A DNA stretch of 64,000 nucleotides from Gammaproteobacteria bacterium (GCA_965222155.1 CBDCTH010000012.1:352001-416000); one strand, 5' to 3'; positions 1 through 11,135 are shown, counted from the stretch's first letter. Notes: generated by a model not told the origin, from the sequence alone. Made by a program: numbers and translations.

Positions 1-819
1 GAGCTGGAGCTGAAGGGCACGGGCACGCTTGCGCCAGAGCCGGACCTGGACATGCACCTGGTGGCCGGCGGCTTACAGGCGCGGTTGCCTTCCCTGAGTG
101 AGCACCTGGCGCTGGCCTTGAAAGCGGATGTGTTTGCGCTGGGTCTGGAGACGGACAGCGTAGCGGGGCTGGCCGGGCTGGATGCAGACAGTCAGCGGCT
201 GCGGCTGCTGTTGGAGGCCAGCAGTGACCATCTCCTCTCTGATGCGGCCAGCTTGCGTCCGAGTGTTGAGATTGGCGCCCGGTGGGACAACGGGGATGCG
301 GAGGACGGCGTAGGGCTGGAGGTCGGCGCCGGGCTGGAATACCGCAATGCGGCGAGTGGGGTCCGGCTCAGCGGGCGCGGGCACTGGTTGGTGACCCATG
401 AGAAGTCGGGCTTTGAGGAATGGGGCGCGAGTGTGGAGTTGCAGGTGGACCCGGGGAGACGGGGGCAGGGCTTCTCGTTGCGCCTGGCGCCGACCTGGGG
501 GCTGCCGTCTGCCGGGGCCGAGGGAGTATGGGCGGATGCGCGGCGTACCCGCGCGCAGTCGGGCTTGCAAGCTGACAGACAGCAGGCGGCTCGGATGGAG
601 CTGCAGTTGGGCTATGGGATGGAGGCCTTAGCGGGTCGTGGGCTGTTGACGCCCTATACGGAGGCGGCGTTGCGGGCCAGTCAGGTGCGGCGCCTGCGCA
701 GTGGGTTACGCGTGCAGGTGACGGATCTCTTCGAGGTCGATGCCTACGGGGAACACCGTGCGTACGAGTTTGAACGCGCGGACAACCGCATGGGGATTAA
801 CCTGGTGTTGCGGTTCTGA
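1..819 (+). CDS. Autotransporter-like outer membrane beta-barrel protein, C-terminal part (5'-truncated by window)
   Basis: Frame is open from base 1; amphipathic beta-strand pattern (LRPSVEIGARWDNGDAEDGVGLEVGAGLEY, GFEEWGASVELQVDPG); C-terminal Phe (LVLRF). Confidence 0.7.
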   Translation, partial: ELELKGTGTLAPEPDLDMHLVAGGLQARLPSLSEHLALALKADVFALGLETDSVAGLAGLDADSQRLRLLLEASSDHLLSDAASLRPSVEIGARWDNGDAEDGVGLEVGAGLEYRNAASGVRLSGRGHWLVTHEKSGFEEWGASVELQVDPGRRGQGFSLRLAPTWGLPSAGAEGVWADARRTRAQSGLQADRQQAARMELQLGYGMEALAGRGLLTPYTEAALRASQVRRLRSGLRVQVTDLFEVDAYGEHRAYEFERADNRMGINLVLRF

Positions 820-840
820 CAACGCAATACCAATTTCAAT

Positions 841-877
841 AGGGCATCCTGCCCTCGTGGAGGGCGAGACGCCCTCC
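841..877. repeat. REP-like doublet of short palindromes
   Basis: agggcatcctgccct (841-855) and ggagggcgagacgccctcc (859-877), intergenic hairpins. Confidence 0.5.
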
Positions 878-915
878 CTCCCAGGGAAACATACCCCCTT
901 ATGGTCAGACTCCCA

Positions 916-939
916 GGGGACAGATTTAAATCTGTCCCC
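916..939. repeat. GGGGAC-type palindrome, copy 1
   Basis: Perfect 24-bp palindrome ggggacagatttaaatctgtcccc; related copies at 12903, 41205, 43523 and 43777. Confidence 0.85.
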
Positions 940-1042
940 CTTGTCTTAAACTGTATTGACCTCGATTTAGCGGGAACTGCTGTATAAGAAATACCAGACG
1001 AGATGAAATTTATGGAATAATGTATACTTTCTTAACTGACTG

Positions 1043-2086
1043 ATGATGAGAGAATCAATGGACGAGAAGAAAAAACAGGCCCTGGACATCGCCTTGGGGC
1101 AGATTGAAAAGCAGTTCGGCAAGGGCTCCATCATGCGTATGGGGGACGGGTCTGTTGTCCATGACGTAAGCGTAGTATCCACAGGATCATTAGGACTGGA
1201 CCTGGCGCTGGGTGTCGGCGGATTGCCCCGGGGACGGGTCGTCGAAATTTACGGGCCGGAATCCTCCGGCAAGACCACCCTGGCCTTGCACGTGGCCGCG
1301 GAAATACAGAAAGCCGGCGGTACGGCGGCATTTGTGGACGCGGAGCATGCCCTGGATCCGAAATATGCGGAAAAACTCGGGGTGGAAATTGCAGACCTGC
1401 TGGTCTCGCAGCCGGATACCGGCGAACAGGCCCTCGAGATCACCGACATGCTGGTTCGATCCGGCGCCACGGACCTGATCATTATCGATTCCGTCGCGGC
1501 ATTGACGCCCAAAGCGGAAATAGAAGGGGAAATGGGTGACAGCCACATGGGGCTGCAGGCCCGGTTGATGTCCCAGGCCCTGAGGAAACTCACGGCCAAC
1601 ATCAAGCGTTCCAACACGCTGGTGGTATTTATCAACCAGATACGCATGAAGATCGGTGTGATGTTCGGCAACCCGGAAACGACTACCGGAGGTAACGCAC
1701 TGAAGTTTTATGCATCTGTGCGTATGGATATCCGCAGGATCGGCGCGATAAAGAAAAACGATGAAGTCGTAGGCAACGAAACCCGCGTCAAGGTGGTCAA
1801 AAACAAGGTGGCGCCACCGTTCAGAGAGGCTTTTTTCGATATCCTGTATGGTCGCGGCATTTCCCGTGAAGGAGAAATTATCACCCTGGGTGTGCAACAC
1901 GGCATAATTGAAAAAACCGGCGCCTGGTATGGCTACAACGGCTCGCGCATAGGCCAGGGGAAAGACAACGTGCGCAATTTCCTGCAGGAACATCCCGAGC
2001 TTGCAGCGGAAATTGAGCAGGCAGTGAGAGGTAAAGTCCTGCCACAGACTGCTGTGGCGGAAACGGCGGAGGAGCCCCGGACCTGA
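1043..2086 (+). CDS. recA: Recombinase RecA (start may be ATG at 1058)
   Basis: GPESSGKTT Walker A; [14 protein letters not shown]; [11 protein letters not shown]; [12 protein letters not shown]. Confidence 0.99.
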   Translation: MMRESMDEKKKQALDIALGQIEKQFGKGSIMRMGDGSVVHDVSVVSTGSLGLDLALGVGGLPRGRVVEIYGPESSGKTTLALHVAAEIQKAGGTAAFVDAEHALDPKYAEKLGVEIADLLVSQPDTGEQALEITDMLVRSGATDLIIIDSVAALTPKAEIEGEMGDSHMGLQARLMSQALRKLTANIKRSNTLVVFINQIRMKIGVMFGNPETTTGGNALKFYASVRMDIRRIGAIKKNDEVVGNETRVKVVKNKVAPPFREAFFDILYGRGISREGEIITLGVQHGIIEKTGAWYGYNGSRIGQGKDNVRNFLQEHPELAAEIEQAVRGKVLPQTAVAETAEEPRT

Positions 2087-2121
2087 GTTACGGTCAAACA
2101 ACGGAGATCAGGAAGCGGGCA

Positions 2122-2535
2122 ATGGACCTGCTCGCCCGGCGCGAGCATTCTGAACAGGAGTTGCAACAAAAACTGCTGGCGCGTGGATACGGTCCGGAAG
2201 CTGTCGGGGAAGTCCTGGTAGGTCTTAAAACGGCGGGGGTGCAGGATGATGTGCGCTATACCGAGGCGTATATCCTCAGCCGAGTAGCTAAAGGATATGG
2301 ACCGGTGCGGATCTCCCGGGAACTGTACGAGCGCGGCATTACCGAGACACTTGTAACGCAGGTGTTGGCCGGAATGGATTTGGATTGGGATGAACGCATC
2401 CAGGCAGTCCGGCAGAAGAAGTTCGGCCGGCAAGCACTGGCCGATATCAGGGAGCAGGCAAGACAATCCCGTTTTCTGCTGTATCGCGGTTTTACCTCTG
2501 ATCAGACCCAGAGGGTATTCAAAAAGAGTGACTGA
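2122..2535 (+). CDS. recX: Regulatory protein RecX
   Basis: [31 protein letters not shown] motifs; directly downstream of recA. Confidence 0.93.
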   Translation: MDLLARREHSEQELQQKLLARGYGPEAVGEVLVGLKTAGVQDDVRYTEAYILSRVAKGYGPVRISRELYERGITETLVTQVLAGMDLDWDERIQAVRQKKFGRQALADIREQARQSRFLLYRGFTSDQTQRVFKKSD

Positions 2536-2543
2536 TTAACGGG

Positions 2544-5162
2544 ATGAAGTATATCGAAGCAAACGGCATTCGTCGGCGGTTCCTGGATTATTTCGAGCGC
2601 CGCGGGCACGAAGTGGTGGCAAGCTCACCCCTGGTGCCGGCCAATGATCCGACGCTGTTGTTCACCAATGCCGGCATGGTGCAGTTCAAGGAGGTGTTCC
2701 TCGGACTTGAGCAACGCGCCAGTCCGCGCGCCGTTACCGCCCAGCGTTGTGTACGCGCCGGCGGCAAGCATAACGACCTGGAAAATGTAGGCTATACCGC
2801 CCGCCACCACACTTTTTTCGAGATGCTGGGCAATTTCAGCTTCGGAGATTATTTCAAGGAACAGGCCATACACTATGCCTGGGAGTTCCTCACCGGGGAA
2901 CTGGCTATCCCGAAAGAGAAACTCTGGGTGACCGTCTACCGGGATGATACCGAGGCGGAGGCCATCTGGTTGCAGCAGGTCGGGGTCGATAAAGACCGGT
3001 TCAGCCGTTGTGGAGAAAAAGACAACTTCTGGTCAATGGGAGATACGGGTCCCTGTGGGCCATGCAGTGAGATTTTTTATGATTACGGCGAGACGGTGCC
3101 TGGCGGCCCACCGGGCAGCGCCGACCAGGACAGTGACCGCTACGTGGAAATCTGGAACCTCGTGTTCATGGAATTCAATCGCGACGCAGAAGGTAAACTG
3201 CATCCCCTGCCGAGACCGTCCGTTGATACAGGCATGGGCCTGGAGCGGGCCGCGGCACTGTTGCAGGGCGTCCACAACAACTACGAAACAGACTTGTTCC
3301 GTCCCCTGATCGACGCAGTGCATTCCCTGGCGGGCGGCGCTACGACTGACCCCATCTCCACCCGGGTGCTGTCCGATCATATCCGCTCTTGTGCCTTCTT
3401 GATCGCCGATGGCGTAATCCCGGCCAATGAGGGCAGGGGTTACGTACTGCGCCGTATCATCCGCCGGGCGCTACGGCATGGGGCCAAGCTGGGTTTCAAT
3501 GAACCGTTCTTCCATAAGCTGGTAGACCCTCTTGATGGCGTCATGGGGGATGCCTGCCCTGAATTGACCAGGGCAAAAGAGTTCGTGATGAATACCCTGA
3601 AACAGGAGGAAGAGCGGTTTGCCGAGACCCTCGAGCAAGGTCTTAAACACCTGGAAGCAGCCATCGACACGCTTGTCTCCGGTACTATCCCCGGCGCTGT
3701 CGTTTTCAAGCTTTATGACACTTACGGTTTTCCCGTTGACCTGACTGCCGATATAGCCCGCGAGCGCCGGCTTAATCTGGACCTGGCCGGTTTTGACAAG
3801 TGTATGGAGGAGCAACGCCAACGAGCGCGGGAGGCAAATAAATTTGCCGTTGATGTCTCCGTCCTCCCTGACCTGAAAGGGCATGACTGCGGTTTCAAAG
3901 GTTATGATTCCCTGCGCGTGAACGGGCAGGTAACGGCTTTGCTGCGGGATAACCAGATTGTTGACCGGCTTGAAGAAGGCCAGGCCGGCGCTGTTGTGCT
4001 GGACCAGACCCCATTCTACGCGGAGTCAGGCGGACAGGTTGGCGACCGGGGTGAGTTGGCTTCGGATACGGGTGCATTCAGTATTGATGACACGCAAAAG
4101 CAAGGGAATGCCCACATTCATCTTGGCAAGGTAAGCCGTGGAACCTTGCAAACCGGCCAGCAGGTGCTCGCACAGGTGGACCCCATCACCCGCATCAATA
4201 CGGTGCGCAACCATTCGGCGACACATCTGTTACATGCCGCGTTACGGGAAGTGCTGGGCGATCACGTAACCCAGCAAGGTTCCCTGGTAGCGCCGGACCG
4301 CCTGCGCTTTGATTTTTCCCATCCCGAACCCGTATCGGAACAGCAGATGCTGCAGGTTGAGCGGCTCGTCAACCGTAAGATACTGGAAAATATCGATACC
4401 GAAATACAACTGATGCCCCTGGATGAGGCGCTGAAGTCAGGCGCCATGTCGTTATTCGGTGAGAAATACGATGAACAGGTGCGGGTATTGAACATCGGCG
4501 GCGATTTTTCGGTGGAGTTGTGCGGCGGTACACACGTAGCGCGCGCCGGAGACATCGGCTTGTTCAAATTCGTTGCGGAGACAGGGATTGCCGCCGGCGT
4601 TCGACGGGTTGAGGCGGTCACTGGTCTGGGCGCGCTGGCCCTGGTTGAGGCCGAGGAAGCGGAGTTGGCCGATCTGGCCCGGTTGCTGAAATCTGATCGG
4701 AACAAACTCACGGCAAAACTGGAACAGGTGCTGGAGCACTCCAGGCGTCTCGAAAAGGAACTGGAACAGGTAAAGCAAAAAATGGCCGGCCGTGTCGGCG
4801 CTAAATTAAGCGAGCAGTCTGAAGTGATCAATGGTATACATGTCCTTGCCCGTAATATGGATGAGGCCGACCCGAAAACATTGCGGGATATGGTCGATCA
4901 GTTGAAGAGTAAACTGGGTACGGCCGTTATAGTCCTGGGCACGGTCAAGGGCGATAAAGTCAGCCTGGTGGCGGGAGTCACAAAAGACAGCATGGATAAA
5001 GTGCAAGCCGACGAGTTGGTCAATTATGTCGCGCAACAAGTCGGTGGCAGAGGAGGGGGCCGTCCGGACCTCGCACAGGCGGGCGGCAATGACCCATCCG
5101 CCTTGCAGCGCGCGTTGGCAAGCGTGTCCGCCTGGGTGACACAGAAGACAGGTAAGATCTGA
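2544..5162 (+). CDS. alaS: Alanine--tRNA ligase
   Basis: [34 protein letters not shown], editing motifs HSATH and ELCGGTH, C-terminal [15 protein letters not shown]. Confidence 0.99.
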   Translation: MKYIEANGIRRRFLDYFERRGHEVVASSPLVPANDPTLLFTNAGMVQFKEVFLGLEQRASPRAVTAQRCVRAGGKHNDLENVGYTARHHTFFEMLGNFSFGDYFKEQAIHYAWEFLTGELAIPKEKLWVTVYRDDTEAEAIWLQQVGVDKDRFSRCGEKDNFWSMGDTGPCGPCSEIFYDYGETVPGGPPGSADQDSDRYVEIWNLVFMEFNRDAEGKLHPLPRPSVDTGMGLERAAALLQGVHNNYETDLFRPLIDAVHSLAGGATTDPISTRVLSDHIRSCAFLIADGVIPANEGRGYVLRRIIRRALRHGAKLGFNEPFFHKLVDPLDGVMGDACPELTRAKEFVMNTLKQEEERFAETLEQGLKHLEAAIDTLVSGTIPGAVVFKLYDTYGFPVDLTADIARERRLNLDLAGFDKCMEEQRQRAREANKFAVDVSVLPDLKGHDCGFKGYDSLRVNGQVTALLRDNQIVDRLEEGQAGAVVLDQTPFYAESGGQVGDRGELASDTGAFSIDDTQKQGNAHIHLGKVSRGTLQTGQQVLAQVDPITRINTVRNHSATHLLHAALREVLGDHVTQQGSLVAPDRLRFDFSHPEPVSEQQMLQVERLVNRKILENIDTEIQLMPLDEALKSGAMSLFGEKYDEQVRVLNIGGDFSVELCGGTHVARAGDIGLFKFVAETGIAAGVRRVEAVTGLGALALVEAEEAELADLARLLKSDRNKLTAKLEQVLEHSRRLEKELEQVKQKMAGRVGAKLSEQSEVINGIHVLARNMDEADPKTLRDMVDQLKSKLGTAVIVLGTVKGDKVSLVAGVTKDSMDKVQADELVNYVAQQVGGRGGGRPDLAQAGGNDPSALQRALASVSAWVTQKTGKI

Positions 5163-5165
5163 ATC

Positions 5166-6410
5166 ATGTCCCTTATCATTCTAAAATTCGGCGGTACTTC
5201 AGTCGCTACGGTCGAACGGATCAAGGCGGTCGCCGATATCGTTATAGCAACGCGCAAGCAGGGACACCAGGTGGTAGTAGTTCTATCGGCTATGGCCGGT
5301 GAGACGGACCGGCTCATTGAACTGGCAGGACAGGTGGCAAAAGACCCGGTTTCGCGGGAGTTGGACGTGTTGTTGTCCACCGGAGAGCAAGTGACTATTG
5401 CCTTGCTGAGCATGGTGTTACATGACAGGAAATATCCGGCCGTTTCCTATACCGGCGGCCAGGTCCATATTCTTACGGATAACGTCCATAACAAGGCCCG
5501 TATTGTTGATATCGAGTCGGCTCGGGTAAAAAAAGACCTGACTGGCCATAAAATAGTTGTAATTGCGGGTTTTCAAGGTATTGACGAAAACGGTAATATC
5601 ACCACTCTTGGGCGAGGCGGCACGGATACCACTGCCGTTGCCATGGCAGTGGCGCTGAATGCCGATGAATGCAGGATATATACGGACGTGGACGGAGTAT
5701 ATACGGCGGATCCCCGGATCGTTCCTGAAGCAAAACGCATGGATAAAATAGCCTACGAGGAGATGCTGGAACTGGCCAGCCTGGGGGCGAAAGTGCTGCA
5801 GATACGCTCTGTGGAATTCGCCAATAAATATAAAGTACCAATGCGTGTTCTGTCCTCTTTTACAGAGGGGCCGGGCACGCTCATTACAGATGAGGATGAA
5901 GAAATGGAACGGGCGCTTATCGCGGGTATTGCCCACAATCGTGACGAGGCAAAGCTGACGCTGCTTGGTGTGCCGGATGAACCCGGCATCGCCGGCGCGA
6001 TACTGAGCCCGATCGCCGACGCCGATATCGAGGTTGATATGATCGTACAGAACGTTGGAGTGGACAATACGACAGATTTTACCTTCACCGTACATCGGAC
6101 CGATTTCAACAGGGCAATGACGTTACTGAAAAAAACTGCCCGGGGCCTGGGCGCAAAGGAAGTTCAGGGAGACGACCGCATTGTCAAGATTTCCGTGGTG
6201 GGAGTGGGCATGCGCTCTCATGCCGGGATCGCAAACAGGATGTTTTCCGCGCTGGCTGACGAGGGTATCAATATACAGATGATATCCACGTCAGAAATAA
6301 AAATTTCAGTTGTTGTTGCCGAAAAGTATTTGGAATTGGGCGTAAGAACGTTACACTCTGCATTCGGCCTTGAAGGCGATGGCGACGTAATTGATGATGC
6401 TGCAGGGTGA
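5166..6410 (+). CDS. lysC: Aspartate kinase
   Basis: KFGGTSV, TTLGRGGTDTTA, DVDGVYTADPR; two C-terminal ACT domains; alaS-lysC-csrA synteny. Confidence 0.96.
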   Translation: MSLIILKFGGTSVATVERIKAVADIVIATRKQGHQVVVVLSAMAGETDRLIELAGQVAKDPVSRELDVLLSTGEQVTIALLSMVLHDRKYPAVSYTGGQVHILTDNVHNKARIVDIESARVKKDLTGHKIVVIAGFQGIDENGNITTLGRGGTDTTAVAMAVALNADECRIYTDVDGVYTADPRIVPEAKRMDKIAYEEMLELASLGAKVLQIRSVEFANKYKVPMRVLSSFTEGPGTLITDEDEEMERALIAGIAHNRDEAKLTLLGVPDEPGIAGAILSPIADADIEVDMIVQNVGVDNTTDFTFTVHRTDFNRAMTLLKKTARGLGAKEVQGDDRIVKISVVGVGMRSHAGIANRMFSALADEGINIQMISTSEIKISVVVAEKYLELGVRTLHSAFGLEGDGDVIDDAAG

Positions 6411-6529
6411 TTAAGGAACCTCTGACTTAATCAGGGGTTCTCCAATGATTGTGCATTAAATTATGCGGAAAATATTGCCGGAAAAGGCTAATATAATTAA
6501 TACCTAGGGAAAAAACAGGAGAAATAGAG

Positions 6530-6796
6530 ATGTTGATATTAACACGCAGGATTGGCGAGTCTCTGATGATCGGGGATGATGTCAATGTGACCGTACTCGG
6601 AATACGCGGCAACCAGGTTCGAATCGGAGTAAATGCCCCCAAAGAAATTGCGGTACACCGAGAGGAGATTTACGAACGTATCCAACTGGAGAAGGTAAAA
6701 CAGGCAAAAGCCCAACTCGCTCAGGAATACATGGACGAACCGGAACCGGAACCGGAAGTGGAAGTGGAAGTGGAAGGCAGCGACGTAAATACGTAA
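6530..6796 (+). CDS. csrA: Carbon storage regulator CsrA with acidic C-terminal tail
   Basis: [17 protein letters not shown]...[19 protein letters not shown]. Confidence 0.97.
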   Translation: MLILTRRIGESLMIGDDVNVTVLGIRGNQVRIGVNAPKEIAVHREEIYERIQLEKVKQAKAQLAQEYMDEPEPEPEVEVEVEGSDVNT

Positions 6797-6873
6797 TCAG
6801 CACATAGTCATCAAGTACAGGGGTTCAAGCCCCTGATATTTGCATCTTGAGGTGGTTATATAAGCGCAAGCAC

Positions 6874-6964
6874 GGAGAGGTGGCCGAGTGGCTGAAGGCG
6901 CTCCCCTGCTAAGGGAGTATGGGTTGAAAGCCCATCGAGGGTTCGAATCCCTCTCTCTCCGCCA
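6874..6964 (+). tRNA. tRNA-Ser (anticodon GCT)
   Basis: GGAGAGG acceptor stem, anticodon arm CTCCC-CTGCTAA-GGGAG, long variable arm, GTTCGAATCC T-loop, encoded CCA. Confidence 0.97.
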
Positions 6965-6970
6965 ATTTCA

Positions 6971-7017
6971 ACAGGGTGCTTACCGGAGACATGGTTGACA
7001 CATTATACCGGTGACAT
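6971..7017. mobile_element. Remnant terminus of an IS481-like element downstream of tRNA-Ser
   Basis: taccggagacatggttgaca (6981-7000) matches 25981-26000 at 18/20; partial second copy taccggtgacat at 7006. Family assignment is inference. Confidence 0.45.
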
Positions 7018-7087
7018 TAATTTGCACTTTATCGATTATCTACTGCCTCAGAAGAATAGCTTCAGAGGTTGACATTTTCCTGTTGCA

Positions 7088-7243
7088 TTAGCCAACACCC
7101 TCTAACCATTTTCCGAGAGGCAAAGTCTTAATCCCGTACTTTTCCCGGGCCCGGTCGAGTTGAAATACAAGCTGTATTGGTTCTTTTGGTTTCAGTCTGT
7201 CTGCGTAATACCTGAGGCTATTGCTGACGGTGTCATCCGATCG
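7088..7243 (-). pseudogene. Possible C-terminal remnant of an AAA_14/DUF4143 ATPase
   Basis: SDDTVSNSLRYYADRLKPKEPIQLVFQLDRAREKYGIKTLPLGKWL resembles C-termini of that family; no upstream part present. Confidence 0.3.
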
Positions 7244-7310
7244 GCGACGTCGATGGGGTGTAGCCGGTAAAAGCGTCCCCGGTTTTACGGAAGGCGTCGC
7301 CACATCGATC

Positions 7311-7413
7311 CTGCATTACGGTACACCGGTGAGGGCGCCCAGAGCGAATACAATTGCTGAGCGATGGTTACGAGCGATTAGGTCGGAATGTCTTGATCAC
7401 CTGTTTTTCTTAC
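7311..7413 (+). pseudogene. Integrase-core (rve-type) transposase fragment
   Basis: TPVRAPRANTIAERWLRAIRSECLDH matches the PxxNxxAERxxxxxxxECL signature of DDE integrase cores. Confidence 0.65.
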
Positions 7414-7452
7414 CAAACTTGCAGGATGTGATTAAAATTAATTAAAAAGTCG

Positions 7453-8610
7453 TCAACGCGGCCAGTGTTTCCGATAACGCTGCACCAGCCAGCGGTTGAA
7501 CTGGGGTAGCGTTCCTTCCTGCCATGAATAACGGCCGCGGGGGCCAAAGCGGGAATTGAGTCCTCTTTGCACCATAGTATCGGCATAGATGTCTTGTACG
7601 TTGAAATTGTTTACGCCTGCTTCCGCCTGCTCAAACAGGTATTCGAACATCGGATCTTTCAGGGCTTCCGGATTGAAGCAGTAGTTGATGTCGATGCTGA
7701 TCTGTCCTGCTGCTTGTGAGTCGATAATAAAATAGGCGATCTCGTCGGGTACCACTGCCAGGGCCAGGGTGGGGGGAATAAGAATGAACATGCCGCGTTT
7801 TCGCTCCTCCAGGGTCAGTTTCGGAAAGATGGGCAATAAACATTTTTTTGTCGGGTTGAACGAACCATCGATTTCAGTGAAATGCTGGATGCGTGAGACA
7901 TGATTCATATCGTCGCGCCAATCAAAAAAATCACTCATCCCGCTTGGCGCGAAAGTCTGTAGCGGCCCATGTAAACGACTGGCATGATAAGGGTCGTTGA
8001 AATTCTCCATCATTATCTTCCAGTTCCATGGCAGATCAGGAATTTTCGACCTGCTGCGCGTAGTCGTTTGCGACAGATCGAAATGATCCAGCAACGGATC
8101 AAGCTCAGTCAAAGTCGGGGCCAGCGGTGCAGCTTGATCATCGAAGTTGGTAAAGATAAATCCCTGCCATATTTCAACAGGCAGGGAGGGTAGGTTGTGG
8201 TCCGCCTTATTGAAGCCGACTGCCTGGTCCATTTCCGGTGTCCTGATCAAGCGTCCATCCAGGGCGTAGGTCCAATGGTGATAGGGACAGATAAATCGAC
8301 TGCAATTCCCGCCTTTTTCGGCCAGGACCATGCCGCGATGCTGACAAACCGCCGATATGACCCGGATCCCTTCTTTGGTGTGGGCAACAATAAGCGGCTC
8401 GTCGAAGATGGTTACGACAAGATAGTCACCCACGTTGGGGACCTGGTCGACCCTGCCTGCGCACAGCCATTCCCGGGAGAAGATCGCCTCTTTCTCAAAC
8501 CGGAAAAATTCTTCGGAAGTGTAAATCTCTCGCGGTAACAGGCACGCTTCATTGGTCGGTAATATGGATGCATTGAACGTATTGAGCATCTCTTCGCTAA
8601 ACAGGTTCAT
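7453..8610 (-). CDS. Rieske non-heme iron oxygenase alpha subunit (choline monooxygenase/ring-hydroxylating-like)
   Basis: CQH-x17-CPYH Rieske motif; NWKIMMENFNDPYHASRLH mononuclear Fe site; LPREIYTSEEFFRFEKEAIFSREW N-terminus. Confidence 0.9.
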   Translation of the reverse strand: MNLFSEEMLNTFNASILPTNEACLLPREIYTSEEFFRFEKEAIFSREWLCAGRVDQVPNVGDYLVVTIFDEPLIVAHTKEGIRVISAVCQHRGMVLAEKGGNCSRFICPYHHWTYALDGRLIRTPEMDQAVGFNKADHNLPSLPVEIWQGFIFTNFDDQAAPLAPTLTELDPLLDHFDLSQTTTRSRSKIPDLPWNWKIMMENFNDPYHASRLHGPLQTFAPSGMSDFFDWRDDMNHVSRIQHFTEIDGSFNPTKKCLLPIFPKLTLEERKRGMFILIPPTLALAVVPDEIAYFIIDSQAAGQISIDINYCFNPEALKDPMFEYLFEQAEAGVNNFNVQDIYADTMVQRGLNSRFGPRGRYSWQEGTLPQFNRWLVQRYRKHWPR

Positions 8611-8743
8611 AAATCTTGTCTCCCGGGCTGCTTATACAAGCTTCAGTCCACAATGTTACACTATAATATTATGAACAAGATCGTGTGAATTGCATCAGTG
8701 TGCATAAGCGCACGGAAATTTAACCGGTAGATGGAGATGATAA

Positions 8744-9481
8744 ATGAGCGAACTTGCGGAAATTAAGAACCTGTTGGAGAAAATTGACGGAAGGCTACAG
8801 CGCGTGGAAGATATCGAAGACATCAAACGCCTGATTGTCGATTATGCGCGCGGGGCGGACCACGGCAATGATCCGGAAATGCTTACCCCTTTGTTTACCG
8901 AGGATGCAGTCTGGGAGGCAAAAGGTTTTGGTCGCTGGGAAGGCCGTGATAAGACAATTGCCTTTCTCAAAGCCATCGCAGGGGAAAAAGTATGGTGGTC
9001 TTTGCACTTTATGATCTCACCGAAGATAGACCTGGCAGCCGACGGTCAGTCTGCAACTCTGCTTTGGTATTTATGGGAACCTGCAACCATGCCGGATGAG
9101 GTTACCAAACAGGCGGAGCCCCATTGGATCACCGGTATCTATGACGCGGAGGTCGTTAAAGTCGATGGTAAATGGTTGTTCAAACGGATCACCAGCGGCA
9201 TGAACATGATTAGCCCGGCAAAAGACGGCTGGGTAAAAACCCGCTTCCCGCAGGGTTCCAGGACCATGCCTTATCTCATGTACCTGAATGAAGGCGACTA
9301 TTACTGGTGCGCCTGCGGAAAATCTGAAAACCAACCCTTTTGTGACGGCTCACACAAGGGGACGGGCATCACACCGGTCAAGTGTGAAATGAAAAAATAC
9401 GATTTTGTCGGTCTTTGCGGTTGTAAAAAAACCGGGACACCGCCGTTCTGCGATGCCTCGCATCTCGGCCTGGATATCTGA
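8744..9481 (+). CDS. SnoaL/NTF2-like domain fused to tandem CDGSH [2Fe-2S] domain
   Basis: N-terminal LQRVEDIEDIKRLIVDYARGAD...LFTEDAVW...G(IY)...DGKWLFKR; C-terminal WCACGKSENQPFCDGSH and LCGCKKTGTPPFCDASH. Confidence 0.85.
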   Translation: MSELAEIKNLLEKIDGRLQRVEDIEDIKRLIVDYARGADHGNDPEMLTPLFTEDAVWEAKGFGRWEGRDKTIAFLKAIAGEKVWWSLHFMISPKIDLAADGQSATLLWYLWEPATMPDEVTKQAEPHWITGIYDAEVVKVDGKWLFKRITSGMNMISPAKDGWVKTRFPQGSRTMPYLMYLNEGDYYWCACGKSENQPFCDGSHKGTGITPVKCEMKKYDFVGLCGCKKTGTPPFCDASHLGLDI

Positions 9482-9759
9482 ATCGCAGCGAGGGGACGGA
9501 ATACAAGCTACGGCAGAATAGGGTCTGACCCTATAACTCTCTATACTCTTCTGATAATTGTCCAGATTTCAGAGCTCATAGTATCAATTTAGCACGGCTC
9601 GCATCCAGGCATCCTGCTTTGGCAGGCCCGTTCGTAGCCACCAGACCTATCAATAATTTGGTAAAAAACCGATAATAAGGTTTGATATAATATAATATTA
9701 AGCTATTATTAACATAATTTTGTTATTTTTGTCTTATAATATCTTCCTTAGGTGCGATC

Positions 9760-10956
9760 ATGCTCCATAAATACCGATTCAGGAACTTTTTTTCGTTTGC
9801 TGAAGAAACGGAAGTCTCCTTTGTGCTCAATCGCCAGGTTCCAGCCTCGGATCTGGTGTTCGAGAGCCCGGGTGGCACACGTCTGTCGAAAGTACTGGCA
9901 GCCATTGGTCCCAATGCCTCGGGTAAAACCAATATATTGAAGCCACTGCCATTCCTGAGATGGTTTGTTGCACATTCGTTTACTACCAGCAAGCCGGAGG
10001 ACGAAATTCTGGTCCAATCCCACTTTTTCTCTGACATGGCAGACAGTGAGTTCGAGATTGAGTTCGAGGACAAGGGACAGCATTACCGTTATTCGCTGGT
10101 TATCAACCCGCAGCGGGTGGTGCATGAATCCTTGCATCTCAAGACCAGCAAGTTCTTCAGCTTCATTTTCCGGCGCGACTGGTCCGAGTCGGTTTCTGCT
10201 TATGACATCCGTCAGCAGAATTTCGGATTTGCAGCGAGTGAGGCTGAAAAAGTCCGCCCGAATGCGTCGTTAATCGCGACAGCAGCCCAGTACAATGTGC
10301 CATGCGCACGGGAACTTGTCAGTTATTTTGAGCGATTTTATTCTAATGTGAACTATAGTGGCCGGGTTCATTTCGAAACCAGCGATGTGTTTGAGACAAC
10401 GGAATTTTTTCATGGCAGGCCGGCTCTGCGTGCGCAGATGTCCGATATTCTAAGTAATTTGGATCTGGGTTTGGCCGAGGTCATCATTGAATCGCATATA
10501 TTTGTGAAAAAGGAATCCGGAAAGAGCGAAGAGACGAAAATTCCCTATGGCGTCCACCGTAAGGGTAACCAAGAGCAAAAGCTGCCATTCTGGCATGAAT
10601 CCAGTGGTACCCAGGCCGCATTTGTTCTGCTGGAGAATATTCTGCCGGCCCTCGAGCATGGCGGTATCGTCATCATCGATGAGATAGAAGCCGACCTGCA
10701 TCCGGATATGATTACTGCCTTGCTTGATCTATTTATTGATCGTAAGCGCAATCCTCACAACGCACAGATTATCTTTACCTGTCATGCGCATGAGGTTCTC
10801 AATGATTTGCAGAAGGATCAGGTCCTGCTCATCGAGAAAGACCCCGATGGTTTCAGCGAGACATGGCGACTGGGTGATATGAAGGGTATTCGGCGGGATG
10901 ACAATTTGTACGCCAAGTACCGTGCCGGCGCTTATGGTGCGGTTCCAAACCTTTAA
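9760..10956 (+). CDS. AAA_21/RloA-like ABC-type ATPase
   Basis: FRNFFSF, Walker A GPNASGKTN, ESSGT signature, IIDEIEADLHP, QIIFTCH, C-terminal YRAGAYGAVP. Confidence 0.85.
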   Translation: MLHKYRFRNFFSFAEETEVSFVLNRQVPASDLVFESPGGTRLSKVLAAIGPNASGKTNILKPLPFLRWFVAHSFTTSKPEDEILVQSHFFSDMADSEFEIEFEDKGQHYRYSLVINPQRVVHESLHLKTSKFFSFIFRRDWSESVSAYDIRQQNFGFAASEAEKVRPNASLIATAAQYNVPCARELVSYFERFYSNVNYSGRVHFETSDVFETTEFFHGRPALRAQMSDILSNLDLGLAEVIIESHIFVKKESGKSEETKIPYGVHRKGNQEQKLPFWHESSGTQAAFVLLENILPALEHGGIVIIDEIEADLHPDMITALLDLFIDRKRNPHNAQIIFTCHAHEVLNDLQKDQVLLIEKDPDGFSETWRLGDMKGIRRDDNLYAKYRAGAYGAVPNL

Positions 10957-10967
10957 TGGGTTGACGT

Positions 10968-11084
10968 ATGCCCGCCCGCGTCAGACGCTCTGCGCGCCAT
11001 ACCATCCTATTAGTCGGGGAGGGGGCAACTGATTCAGCATTTCTCAAGCATATAAAGTCCCTCTACATCTTGGGTAGCACGTGA
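10968..11084 (+). pseudogene. Truncated RloB-like (TOPRIM-like) partner of the ATPase
   Basis: MPARVRRSARHTILLVGEGATDSAFLKHIKSLY then stop after 38 aa; immediately downstream of the AAA_21 gene; IS remnant follows. Confidence 0.55.
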
Positions 11085-11135
11085 AAACGTGGTCTGATCC
11101 CTATCATTTCCGATTATTTGAACACTACTCATCAC

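Noticed and set aside
980-997. Possible LexA SOS box upstream of recA (ctgtataagaaataccag)
   Set aside because: Spacing is CTG-N12-CAG rather than the canonical gammaproteobacterial CTG-N10-CAG.
1190-2101. Long antisense ORFs (also 21905-22798, 45282-46310, 54330-54998)
   Set aside because: They shadow well-supported genes on the opposite strand and show no recognisable motifs.
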